A stretch of DNA of 64,000 bases from an uncultured Bacteroidales bacterium (GTDB taxonomy: Bacteria > Bacteroidota > Bacteroidia > Bacteroidales > FEN-979), in the NCBI GenBank assembly GCA_903916595.1, contig CAIWXI010000156.1, positions 13,461-77,460 of the forward strand, read 5' to 3'. Shown in pieces: positions 19,562-28,361 of this stretch (within the stretch, counting starts at the first letter, position 1; the number at the start of each line of letters is the position of its first letter). The translations under genes were made by a program, and so were the position numbers. The notes beneath the pieces were generated by a model. That model ran no database searches and was not told where the DNA came from. It was given only the letters and a program-made list of their open reading frames with translations.

Positions 19562-21529
19562 TCAGGTCCGGCCCAGGTTTCTGAATCCTTTAACGACCAC
19601 ATTGATATCGTTGGTAAGGTGATAGTCGCGTGCATACAGAATATTAAGCCTGTTTTTGTCTTCTTCGGTGATTTCCTTTGATTTGAGGGCATCCATGGGG
19701 TTAAGCACGCCTTTTTTTATCAGTGGAACATGCTGTACATGGCTTCCGCTCACGGGGGTATAGCCAACCCATGACTTCCGTGCAAACAGCACAAGAGCTA
19801 TATTTCTGGCAAGGCCGATAGGTTTTTTAACGATGAATATGAACAAGGGGTAAAGTAATACAATGAAAAACCCGGCAGCCAGGTCGAATACCCGTTTGCT
19901 CCTGAGGTTCGATTTTTTCGTGATGGCGTTGATGTCGACAACATACAGGTCGCCCGAAGTATTTATTGAATTGCTTCCGATGATGGAAAGGCTTTCGGGA
20001 GGCGCTATTTTATAATCGACCTGGGCATCTTTCAGATCCGACATTTTATCGATAATCACTTGTGCGGGAACATCTTTGGCACAGAAAATCACTTCATCTA
20101 TTTTATGTATGATGATGATATCCTTGATCTGATCAAGATCGCCTATAAACCCGTTCAGACTGCCTTTATGCTGACGGTATGACACCAGTCCCACGAAGGC
20201 CGGGTTCATGCCGGCTTTCTGCAGCAGGTCTGCTACCCGTTCAGATTCTTCTTTTTCTCCTATAATTACGAATTTTTTGTTTTTGCTGGTGCTCAGCTGG
20301 TAGCCATTGATTTTTAAATAACTCAGCAGAACTCTCACCGAAAGCATGACCAGTAAACCCCAGATTGCGCCGAAGAGGATAAGGGCTCTTGAGAACCGAT
20401 AGTTTTCACTCAGAAGGCTGTATAACAGCAGCACCAGGAGAGTACCCGCGAGCATACCCTGAACCACTTTTCTCAGCGTTATCGGGCGGTCATATCCGCC
20501 GCTTACATACACGCTGATAAGCCAGATAGCGATATATACGGGCACGGCGATCTGCAGGAATTCGGGCGGGTAGTGGCCGCCCTGCGGGAAGATAAAGTTC
20601 TTCTCCCAGGAGGAAGTCATAAATAGCATTCCGGCAAAGATCATCAGCGCATCGATAAGAGGGAGGAAAACGCGGCTGGCAAAACGCGTGAGGATAGAAA
20701 AAAAGGCGCGCAGGTAGATTGCCGAGTGGATCATGATCGAAAAGGACCGGGCATTTTCTTTTGAAAAATGTTTCCGGGCAAAGATGATCATGGCGTTATA
20801 AAACATGAACACGTAGTTGAGACTGCCTTTTTTGGTGCTTTCGCCTTTGTAGTGAATGATACGGGTTCCGGGATAATAATAGTTTTTATATCCTGCCTTG
20901 CTTATCCTGTAACTCAGGTCGATGTCTTCGCCATACATAAAAAATGATTCGTCGAGCAGGCCGATTTCATCCAGGACTTTTTTCCGCAGCAGCATAAAAG
21001 CACCGGCTAAAACATCGATCTCGTGAACTTTATCTTTGTCGAGGTACCCCAGATGATACTGGCTGAATATTCTTGATCTTGGAAACAGGGATGACAATCC
21101 GAAGATCTTATAAAATGAGACCAGGGGAGTAGGCAGGGCTCGTTTGGATTCGGGAAGGAATTTGCCTTTTCCGTCGATCATTTTAACGCCAAGGCCACCG
21201 GCATCGGCATGTTCATCCATAAACGAAACCACCTTTCTGAGAGTATCATCTTCAACCAGGGTGTCGGGGTTCAGCAGCAGGATATATTCTCCCCGGGCAA
21301 TTTTCATTGCCTGGTTGTTGGCCGTTGAAAAACCCAGGTTCTCCTTGTTCTCGATCAGTATCACTTCCGGGAATTTGTCCCTCACCATCTTCACCGAGCC
21401 ATCAACGGAACTGTTGTCAACCACAAAAACTTCGGCATCAAGGTCCTTGCAGGCATTCTGCACTGAATGCAGACATTGCTCGAGGAAGTACCTTACATTA
21501 TAATTGACGATGACAACCGATAATTTCAT
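19562..21529 (-). CDS. Family 2 glycosyltransferase fused to a polytopic membrane region and a degenerate polyprenyl-phosphate sugar transferase (Bac_transf-like) C-terminus.
   Basis: The N-terminal motif LSVVIVNYN...L..CL.S and the DNSSVDGS/DxD-type motifs indicate GT2. About six hydrophobic helices follow, then a WbaP-like Rossmann segment, then KRVFDLAAGFFIVLLYPLFIFIV. The usual GPxxFxQxRxG...KFRTM core is missing. Confidence 0.7.
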   Translation of the reverse strand: MKLSVVIVNYNVRYFLEQCLHSVQNACKDLDAEVFVVDNSSVDGSVKMVRDKFPEVILIENKENLGFSTANNQAMKIARGEYILLLNPDTLVEDDTLRKVVSFMDEHADAGGLGVKMIDGKGKFLPESKRALPTPLVSFYKIFGLSSLFPRSRIFSQYHLGYLDKDKVHEIDVLAGAFMLLRKKVLDEIGLLDESFFMYGEDIDLSYRISKAGYKNYYYPGTRIIHYKGESTKKGSLNYVFMFYNAMIIFARKHFSKENARSFSIMIHSAIYLRAFFSILTRFASRVFLPLIDALMIFAGMLFMTSSWEKNFIFPQGGHYPPEFLQIAVPVYIAIWLISVYVSGGYDRPITLRKVVQGMLAGTLLVLLLYSLLSENYRFSRALILFGAIWGLLVMLSVRVLLSYLKINGYQLSTSKNKKFVIIGEKEESERVADLLQKAGMNPAFVGLVSYRQHKGSLNGFIGDLDQIKDIIIIHKIDEVIFCAKDVPAQVIIDKMSDLKDAQVDYKIAPPESLSIIGSNSINTSGDLYVVDINAITKKSNLRSKRVFDLAAGFFIVLLYPLFIFIVKKPIGLARNIALVLFARKSWVGYTPVSGSHVQHVPLIKKGVLNPMDALKSKEITEEDKNRLNILYARDYHLTNDINVVVKGFRNLGRT

Positions 21530-21560
21530 ATTCGCAGCAGGCTGTAAATTTAATGCTTAT

Positions 21561-22145
21561 TCAGATAGCCCCGGCATTGATCATTTTTACTATCCTTTCA
21601 ATAGGTTCGTCGCTCCCTTTCGGGTCGTACAGGGTTTTCAGGTCATAGCCGAAAAGCCGGGCCAGAGTTTGCCAGAAAAACGCGTTGAATCCTCCCTTGA
21701 GCTCTTTCACGATGGCAAAGGTAGATGAGCCGGTTTCCCGGTAAATGAGTTTGATCAGTATTTTTCCCTGGGAATAAGTCATGTCGCGGAGTTGGTTGCC
21801 GAACTGGGCATCCAGTTCTTTTTCTGATTTCCGGAGGAAGGCTTTTCTTCGCTTCTCATTGGTCATGGTGTCGAGCACTGACTTGATCTGTTTCAGTTTT
21901 ATTCCGGCCAGCCTGGCGTAGGGATACACGATACGGATGTTGTATGTGAGCCGGTCGAAACGTGCGGCTTCATTATGGTAGTCGTACCTTCCGGGAGGCA
22001 AAATAACTACTCCGTTCAGGTCTATGGCGGGCAGGGTGTCTCCAAGAACGATCTTTACCGGTAAAGCAATCCGGGTTGTATCCTGAGAAAAAAGGGACAG
22101 ACCCAGGGAACAAAGAAGTATAGAAGAGAGTAAAAAAATCCTCAT
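21561..22145 (-). CDS. Hypothetical secreted protein (DUF4294-like).
   Basis: 194 aa with a signal peptide. Family assignment is from memory of the Bacteroidota DUF4294 pattern and is only tentative. Confidence 0.5.
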   Translation of the reverse strand: MRIFLLSSILLCSLGLSLFSQDTTRIALPVKIVLGDTLPAIDLNGVVILPPGRYDYHNEAARFDRLTYNIRIVYPYARLAGIKLKQIKSVLDTMTNEKRRKAFLRKSEKELDAQFGNQLRDMTYSQGKILIKLIYRETGSSTFAIVKELKGGFNAFFWQTLARLFGYDLKTLYDPKGSDEPIERIVKMINAGAI

Positions 22146-22199
22146 CAGAATAGCCCGTGCTTACACCCTTAAAATAACGATGAGAAGAGCCGTTTAGTA

Positions 22200-23435
22200 T
22201 CAGGCGACTTTGAGCCTCGATAAACTTGTTTTATTGAATTTATCTTCAACAAAAGCACGATTCACTTTCAGGCTTTTTACATTGGCTTTGGAAGGAAGCT
22301 CAAACATGGCATCATTCATGATCCCTTCGAGGATCGCTCTGAGCCCTCTGGCGCCGAGTTTGAACTCAACGGATTTGTCGACTATGAAATCGAGCGCTTC
22401 TTCATCGAAGCTGAGTTTTATGTTGTCAATTTCGAAAAGCCTTGTAAACTGCTTCACAAGCGAATTTTTCGGTTCCGTGAGAATCCGTTTGAGGGTGGCG
22501 CTGTCGAGGGCATGCATGAAAGTGACGATAGGCATCCTGCCAACCAGTTCGGGTATAAGTCCGTAGGCTTTAAGGTCGACAGGCGAAATATACTGAAGGA
22601 TATTATCTTTATCGATTTCTTCTCTTTTCCGGTCTACCTTATATCCTATACGGTTGGTCTGTAAACGGTTCGCAATCTTTTTGTCGATGCCGTTAAAAGC
22701 CCCGCCGGTGATGAACAGAATATTCTGGGTGTTGATCTGGAGCATGCGCTGTTCAGGGTGTTTACGCCCTCCCTGGGGCGGCACGTTCACCACCGAGCCT
22801 TCCAGCATTTTCAGAAGGGCCTGCTGAACGCCTTCCCCCGAAACATCTCTGGTGATAGAAGGATTATCGCTTTTACGTGCAATCTTATCGATCTCATCAA
22901 TAAAGACGATGCCTCTTTCGGCCGCTTCAATATTATAGTCTGCTACCTGCAGCAGCCTGGCCAGTATACTTTCCACATCTTCACCCACGTAACCGGCTTC
23001 GGTGAGGGCCGTGGCATCAGCAATACAGAATGGCACATTGAGCATTTTTGCAATACTTCGGGCCAGAAGGGTTTTTCCGGTGCCGGTTTCACCGACAATA
23101 ATGATATTTGATTTTTCTATCTCTACATCATCATCCTTGGCTTCTTTCGCGTGACGGATCCGTTTGTAGTGATTGTAAACGGCAACCGAGATCACACGTT
23201 TGGCTTCTTCCTGCCCAATCACGTACTGATCGAGATAACGCTTGATCTCATGGGGCTTAAGCAGAGTGTATTCCTGGAAGTTTTTTGATGACTTCGATGC
23301 GGTTTGCTCGATTAGAATAGTCTGGGCCTGCTGAATACAATTCTCACAGATATGCCCTTCAAGCCCGGCGATCAGTATCTTGACCTCGCGTTTCGGTCTT
23401 CCGCAGAAAGTACAATGTTCTTCAGACTTTGCCAT
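22200..23435 (-). CDS. clpX: ATP-dependent Clp protease ATP-binding subunit ClpX.
   Basis: Zinc-finger motif CTFCGR...C..C, Walker A GETGTGKT, and Walker [10 protein letters not shown]. Confidence 0.97.
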   Translation of the reverse strand: MAKSEEHCTFCGRPKREVKILIAGLEGHICENCIQQAQTILIEQTASKSSKNFQEYTLLKPHEIKRYLDQYVIGQEEAKRVISVAVYNHYKRIRHAKEAKDDDVEIEKSNIIIVGETGTGKTLLARSIAKMLNVPFCIADATALTEAGYVGEDVESILARLLQVADYNIEAAERGIVFIDEIDKIARKSDNPSITRDVSGEGVQQALLKMLEGSVVNVPPQGGRKHPEQRMLQINTQNILFITGGAFNGIDKKIANRLQTNRIGYKVDRKREEIDKDNILQYISPVDLKAYGLIPELVGRMPIVTFMHALDSATLKRILTEPKNSLVKQFTRLFEIDNIKLSFDEEALDFIVDKSVEFKLGARGLRAILEGIMNDAMFELPSKANVKSLKVNRAFVEDKFNKTSLSRLKVA

Positions 23436-24112
23436 TATTGTACTTCTTTCTTTGACTTCACCAGAACCTCGTCGATCATGCCATACTCTTTGGCTTCCAT
23501 GGCCGTCATCCAGTAATCCCTGTCGGCATCTTTGAGTATCTTCTTGTATGGCTTGCCTGAATGGAGCATGATGATCTCGTAAAGTTCTTTTTTTAGCTTC
23601 TGGATCTCCCGGGTGGTGATCTCAATATCCGATGCCTGCCCTTCGGCGCTTCCCATCGGCTGATGGATCAGGATGCGTGAATGTTTCAGGGCCGTACGTT
23701 TCCCTTTTTCGCCTGCACACAGAAGTATAGCTCCCATGGATGCAGCCATTCCGGTACAGATAGTTGCGACATTAGGGTTGATGTACTGCATGGTGTCGTA
23801 GATGCCTAGGCCCGCATAGACCGATCCGCCGGGAGTATTCAGGTAAATCTGAATATCCTTATGTGAATCTACCGATTCGAGGAACAATAGCTGAGCCTGA
23901 ATAATATTGGCTACATAATCGTCGATGGGAACTCCCAGAAAAATGATCCTGTCCATCATCAGACGGCTGAACACATCCATCGTGGCGATGTTGAGCTGCC
24001 TTTCTTCAATGATAGTGGGGGAGATATAGTTCGCAGAAATACTTTTATATTTCTCGAGGCTCAGACCGCTGATGCCCCTGTGCCGGATAGCGTATTTTGA
24101 AAATTCGTCCAT
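23435..24112 (-). CDS. clpP: ATP-dependent Clp protease proteolytic subunit ClpP.
   Basis: Catalytic Ser motif GMAASMGA and catalytic His motif RILIHQP. Lies upstream of clpX. Confidence 0.96.
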   Translation of the reverse strand: MDEFSKYAIRHRGISGLSLEKYKSISANYISPTIIEERQLNIATMDVFSRLMMDRIIFLGVPIDDYVANIIQAQLLFLESVDSHKDIQIYLNTPGGSVYAGLGIYDTMQYINPNVATICTGMAASMGAILLCAGEKGKRTALKHSRILIHQPMGSAEGQASDIEITTREIQKLKKELYEIIMLHSGKPYKKILKDADRDYWMTAMEAKEYGMIDEVLVKSKKEVQ

Positions 24113-24177
24113 GACTGATTTACTGATTTACTGATTGATTTCACCATTTAATTTTCACCATTTCACCATTTCACCAT
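24113..24177. repeat. The tig-clpP spacer is built from two octamer arrays: ACTGATTT about x3, then TTCACCAT x4.
   Basis: Direct reading gives gactgatttactgatttactgattgatttcaccatttaattttcaccatttcaccatttcaccat. TTCACCAT is the reverse complement of the octamer at 32089-32181. Confidence 0.95.
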
Positions 24178-25269
24178 TTAATGTTCGTGGTCGTGGTGTT
24201 CATGTGTTTTCGAGGCGATGGCTACAAATTCGTCGTATGAAATTTCCTTTTTCACCACATTCAGCATGGTTTTGAAAAGGTCCATCATTCTGGCATTGTA
24301 TAACTGGTCGTTGATTCTTTGTACTTGTTCCTTGTTTTGCATAAAGGCGTCGACGATAGAGTCGTATTTCTTCTCCATTTCGGGATCAGCAAATTCCATG
24401 CCAACCCTGCGCAGCATGACATTTTTCATGTAATCCCTTATTTCTTCATCCGTTACTTTGATGTTGTTTTCTTTGATGATATGGCTTTCGATAAGCTGCC
24501 ATTTCATTGACTCCCTGAACGCATCATAATCTGTTTCTATCTGTTCGGCGGTGAACTTACCCTCATTGTATTCAAGCAGCCAGCGTTTCAGGAAAGTGTC
24601 GGGAAGGTCAAAACTGGTATTTTTAACCAGGGTATCTATCGCTTTGTTGAAAAATATTTTATCGCTCTCCTGCTTAAAACTATTTGAAGCATCTGTTCTG
24701 ATCCTTTCCCTGAACTGCTCCCCGGTTTGAATGGTTTCGCCGGGATAAACCATATTAAAAAATTCGATGGTCATTTCGGCAGGTGTGACCACAGTTTCAA
24801 TGGTTGTACCGAAACGGTTTCGCGATTCATCAACGTACTTGTCGATCATACTGTCATCTACCACGATCTCCAGATCTTCCACTTCAGTCTCGGGGCCAAG
24901 GGGAACCTTGAATACAGGGGCAAAACCGATATCGAAAAAGAATTCAAAACTGGTATGGGTTTCAAAGTCGATGGCAGAATTTTTTTCCTGGTTAGGGATG
25001 GGGTTTCCCAGCAGGTTCAGCTCTTGTTCCCTCACGTAATTTGTGAGTGAATCGGAGATCAGTTTGTTCACTTCCTCTGCCAATACTGCTTTCCCATACA
25101 TTTTACGAACCAGACCCGATGGCACATGCCCCGGACGGAAACCCGGTATGTTTGCTTTTTTCTGGTAATCTTTAATCACTTTGTTAACCTGTTCGGTATA
25201 GTCTTCAGGTTTGACCTCTATCCTGATGGTCGCGGTTAGTTCAGCGGTGTTCTCTCTTGATACATTCAT
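24178..25269 (-). CDS. tig: Trigger factor, a short form apparently lacking the FKBP-type PPIase domain, with a His-rich tail.
   Basis: Ribosome-binding signature GFRPGHVP at about aa 43-50, and a C-terminal chaperone-arm region. 363 aa. Ends in HEHHDHEH. Confidence 0.85.
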   Translation of the reverse strand: MNVSRENTAELTATIRIEVKPEDYTEQVNKVIKDYQKKANIPGFRPGHVPSGLVRKMYGKAVLAEEVNKLISDSLTNYVREQELNLLGNPIPNQEKNSAIDFETHTSFEFFFDIGFAPVFKVPLGPETEVEDLEIVVDDSMIDKYVDESRNRFGTTIETVVTPAEMTIEFFNMVYPGETIQTGEQFRERIRTDASNSFKQESDKIFFNKAIDTLVKNTSFDLPDTFLKRWLLEYNEGKFTAEQIETDYDAFRESMKWQLIESHIIKENNIKVTDEEIRDYMKNVMLRRVGMEFADPEMEKKYDSIVDAFMQNKEQVQRINDQLYNARMMDLFKTMLNVVKKEISYDEFVAIASKTHEHHDHEH

Positions 25270-25333
25270 GAATCTCTGTTCTGTTTTTGTTTCTGTTTTA
25301 AGCCTTACAATAAATCATTTCAGGCCGGTTGTC

Positions 25334-25418
25334 TGGTGCGGATGAAGGGACTCGAACCCCCACGCCGTAAGGCACAAGATCCTAAGTCTTGCGCGGCTAC
25401 CAATTACGCCACATCCGC
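25334..25418 (-). tRNA. tRNA-Leu (anticodon TAG).
   Basis: The reverse complement folds as a cloverleaf. Acceptor GCGGATG/CATCCGC, anticodon loop CTTAGGA, a long variable arm, a T-loop TTCGAGT, and an encoded CCA. Confidence 0.92.
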
Positions 25419-25443
25419 ATATAATGGTATTAATTTAGGCCTG

Positions 25444-25451
25444 CAAAGGTA
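25444..25451 (-). promoter_or_regulatory. -7 promoter box (TACCTTTG on the minus strand) for tRNA-Leu.
   Basis: The plus strand reads CAAAGGTA, 25 nt upstream of the tRNA 5' end. Confidence 0.4.
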
Positions 25452-25559
25452 CTAATTTTTTCCTTTTCAGCGTTTATCATATATGCAAATCCTTTTCCCT
25501 GGGCTTTATTCAGAATACAGGGCAACCCTCACCGCCTGTTTCAAGTCATATAACAAGCC

Positions 25560-27044
25560 ATGAGAATATTTAATTATATATTATCTGTACTGTTTCTTGC
25601 TTCTTTGCCTGGCCTGGCAAGTGGTCAGTCGATGAACGGCCTGATCATGAGTAATTATGCCGGGGTGAACAGTATTCAGGTCAATCCCGGTGCCATGTTA
25701 AGTTCAAAGAACTGGCTCGAAATACAGTTGGTGGGCGTTGGGGTTTTCGTTCAGAACAATATGCTCTATCAGCCAGGCGCCGATTATAAATTTTCCCATT
25801 TTTTTCAGGGCGGTTATGAATGGCCCACTCATTCGGAAGGGTTTGGCACTGAGTCGCGTATTTTTTACACGTTTGATAATAAAAAACCTAAGAGCGCCTT
25901 TGTGAATGTAAGGGTAAACGGTCCGGGCGCCATGCTGGTCTGGGGTAAGCATGCTTTTGCAGTGACTACCGCTATCAGAAATGTTGTTTCTGCCCATAAA
26001 ATTCCTTATGAACTGGCCAATTTCATCTACCTTGGTTTGAACTACAGACCCCAGCAAAAGATAAACTATCAGGATAACCGTCCCTTCAGTCTTACACAGA
26101 TGGCATGGGCTGAGATCGGGTTGTCGTATGCGTATGAAATATACGGCCGGGGCTTTAACCGGCTCGATGCGGGTGTGTCGGTGCGACGGCTGTTTGGCTA
26201 TGCAGGCTTATATGTGAAAGCTAAAAACATGAATTATACCGTGCTTGACGATTCCACTTTCAGTATAAAAAACATGGATGCTGAAATGGGTATGTCGATG
26301 CCGGTCGATTACCAGACCAATCAGGTCTCAGGCGCAACTGCTTTCAGGGGAGGAGGGTTCGGATTTGATTTCGGTGTAACCTATACCCGGCTTGAAAAGC
26401 CACATCAGGAGCAGTATTTTACAAAACCCTGTGCCCAGAAGTATGAAGACTATCTTTACCGTGTTGGTGTTTCGCTGATAGATGTTGGAGGAATACGATT
26501 CAACAGCAACGCTCAGAAGCTGGCGATCGACAACCGTTCGTCTTACTGGGACCGGGTGAACAGGATTAAATTCAGAAGTATAGACCAGTTTATTGATACC
26601 ATCAGTTATAAATTCTATGGTGATACAAATTCAGCCAGGGTCTCAGATAAGTTCACCCTCTGGTTGCCATCGGCCCTGAGTGTTCAGTTTGATTATCATC
26701 TTACAAAGTATACCTATGTCAATGCAAGCCTTATCTATCCGGTTTCCTTTGCCAATGCCACAGTATACCGGCCTGCCGAGTTGACTCTCACCCCAAGGTA
26801 CGAATCTCGATGGCTGGAAGTGAGCCTGCCCATCTCGTTATACGACTGGTATCTGCCCAGGGTAGGTCTTGCGGTGAGAGTGTACGGATTTACGATTGGT
26901 TGCGATAAACTTGGAGGTTTTTTTGACTTTAATGACTTCACCGGGATCGATATATATTTTTCGATAAAATATTTTCTCGGCAAAGGCTTTTGCCGTCAGG
27001 GAAAAACAAGCCCCTGCGGTAATATGGAATACCGGCCGGGTTGA
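25560..27044 (+). CDS. Putative outer-membrane beta-barrel protein (DUF5723- or PorP/SprF-like).
   Basis: 494 aa with a signal peptide (LFLASLPGLASGQS), alternating aromatic/Gly beta-strand patterns and Tyr/Phe-rich composition. The family call is tentative. Confidence 0.5.
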   Translation: MRIFNYILSVLFLASLPGLASGQSMNGLIMSNYAGVNSIQVNPGAMLSSKNWLEIQLVGVGVFVQNNMLYQPGADYKFSHFFQGGYEWPTHSEGFGTESRIFYTFDNKKPKSAFVNVRVNGPGAMLVWGKHAFAVTTAIRNVVSAHKIPYELANFIYLGLNYRPQQKINYQDNRPFSLTQMAWAEIGLSYAYEIYGRGFNRLDAGVSVRRLFGYAGLYVKAKNMNYTVLDDSTFSIKNMDAEMGMSMPVDYQTNQVSGATAFRGGGFGFDFGVTYTRLEKPHQEQYFTKPCAQKYEDYLYRVGVSLIDVGGIRFNSNAQKLAIDNRSSYWDRVNRIKFRSIDQFIDTISYKFYGDTNSARVSDKFTLWLPSALSVQFDYHLTKYTYVNASLIYPVSFANATVYRPAELTLTPRYESRWLEVSLPISLYDWYLPRVGLAVRVYGFTIGCDKLGGFFDFNDFTGIDIYFSIKYFLGKGFCRQGKTSPCGNMEYRPG

Positions 27045-27102
27045 TCATTCTGGGTCCCATCTGATCAATGCGGGTTTCATCTGATCATTCGCGGGTTCTC
27101 AC
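27042..27102. repeat. Three imperfect 20-bp tandem repeats, each starting with the palindrome TGATCA.
   Basis: The units are TGATCATTCTGGGTCCCATC, TGATCAATGCGGGTTTCATC and TGATCATTCGCGGGTTCTCAC. The array spans both convergent stop codons (27042-44 and 27085-87). Confidence 0.85.
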
Positions 27103-28197
27103 ATCCAGGGCGTCTCTCAGGGAATTCCCCATCAGCATGAATGCCAGTACCAGAAGCATGATAGCAACACCAGGGAGGATTGCGAGGTAGGCATAATCGA
27201 GGATAATATAACCGTAATTTTCCTTGATCATCGAACCCCATGAAGGCACCGGGGGTTGTACCCCCAGCCCCAGGAAACTCAGTCCGGCTTCAAGCAGAAT
27301 AGCCGATGCAAAATTTGCTGCGGATATCACGATCACAGGGGCCATCACATTGGGCAGAATATGTTTTATGATGATCCTCGAGTCGGAAAATCCAAGCGCA
27401 TGGCCGGCTTCAACAAATTCCTTCTCTCTCAGGCTCATCACCTGCCCCCTCACCATTCGGGCTACATCCACCCACATGGTGAGGCCCACGGCAATAAAAA
27501 CCTGCCAGAAGCCTTTGCCCAGTGCGAAGCTGATCGCGATGACCAGAAGCAGAGTGGGAATAGACCAAACCACATTGATGAACCACATGATCAGGTTGTC
27601 GGCCCATCCTCTGTAATACCCCGCGATGGATCCCAGGGTAACGCCTATCAGCAGTGAAATAAAAACAGAAATAAGGCCTACCGAAAGGCTTACTCTGGCC
27701 CCGATGATAAGTTCACTCAGATAATCCCTGCCAAAACGATCGGTACCCAGCCAAAACGTTTTCGATTCAGGCAGCCTCACTTGTTTCAGGGGGATTTTGC
27801 TTTCGGCTGAAATCCCGGCTCCCGGTTCCGACCAGGGCTTGAAATACAAGGTGTCGCGACTGATGCTGAAGCTGCTTACAGGTACCGGGGTATACATGCT
27901 CTGTTCACCTTTCAGCATCGTCACCAGCCAGTTTGAGCGTGGCGGACTGCCGGGTTTCATGATATAGAGCATGTCAACTTTAAAACCCGGTTTTTTCAGG
28001 CCGAGCTCAAGGAATTGCTGGTTGGCATAAGGGCTTTTATCGGGTGTGATGAGGTATCCCAGAATGGCCGCTATACAAACAAGTAAAATAAAAATCAGGG
28101 AACCAATCCCAAGCGGTTCACTGCGGAACCTTACCCAGGCAAGCCGGGTGAGAGAAGCTGAAATAAGCGGGGGGCGTTTTTTGAAAAGGTTAATCAA
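27085..28197 (-). CDS. ABC transporter permease of the oligopeptide/dipeptide (OppC/DppC) family.
   Basis: N-terminal anchor helix, an extended periplasmic loop, a BPD_transp_1 core with an EAA-like motif (EFVEAGHALGFSDSRIIIKHILPN), and 6 TM helices. Confidence 0.85.
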   Translation of the reverse strand: MINLFKKRPPLISASLTRLAWVRFRSEPLGIGSLIFILLVCIAAILGYLITPDKSPYANQQFLELGLKKPGFKVDMLYIMKPGSPPRSNWLVTMLKGEQSMYTPVPVSSFSISRDTLYFKPWSEPGAGISAESKIPLKQVRLPESKTFWLGTDRFGRDYLSELIIGARVSLSVGLISVFISLLIGVTLGSIAGYYRGWADNLIMWFINVVWSIPTLLLVIAISFALGKGFWQVFIAVGLTMWVDVARMVRGQVMSLREKEFVEAGHALGFSDSRIIIKHILPNVMAPVIVISAANFASAILLEAGLSFLGLGVQPPVPSWGSMIKENYGYIILDYAYLAILPGVAIMLLVLAFMLMGNSLRDALDVRTRE

Positions 28198-28210
28198 GCC
28201 GGACTTTTTG

Positions 28211-28218
28211 CAAATTTA
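28211..28218 (-). promoter_or_regulatory. -7 promoter box (TAAATTTG on the minus strand) for the ABC permease gene.
   Basis: The plus strand reads CAAATTTA, 14 nt upstream of the start at 28197. Confidence 0.45.
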
Positions 28219-28229
28219 AATGTTTTTTG

Positions 28230-28237
28230 TACTTTTG
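28230..28237 (+). promoter_or_regulatory. -7 promoter box TACTTTTG (with TTTG at -33, 28207-28210) for tRNA-His.
   Basis: TTTG-N19-TAnnTTTG, ending 11 nt before the tRNA. Confidence 0.6.
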
Positions 28238-28248
28238 CAGTATTAAAT

Positions 28249-28323
28249 GGTGGTCGTAGCTCAGTTGGTTAGAGCGTCAGATTGTGGATCTGAAGGTCGT
28301 GGGTTCAAGCCCCATCTTCCACC
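28249..28323 (+). tRNA. tRNA-His (anticodon GTG) with G-1; the acceptor stem has two adjacent mismatches.
   Basis: D arm GCTC/GAGC, anticodon stem TCAGA/TCTGA, loop TTGTGGA, T arm GTGGG-TTCAAGC-CCCAT. The acceptor 5' strand GTGGTCG faces the 3' strand CTTCCAC, so 5:68 is T-T and 6:67 is C-T. Confidence 0.8.
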
Positions 28324-28327
28324 CTTC

Positions 28328-28361
28328 AAAAAAGCCGTCCTTTCCGGGCGGTTTTTTTTTA
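28328..28361. terminator. Bidirectional rho-independent terminator serving tRNA-His (+) and the thioredoxin-like gene (-).
   Basis: AAAAAA, then CCGTCC-TTTCC-GGGCGG (a 6-bp stem with one G-T pair), then TTTTTTTTT. Confidence 0.8.
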
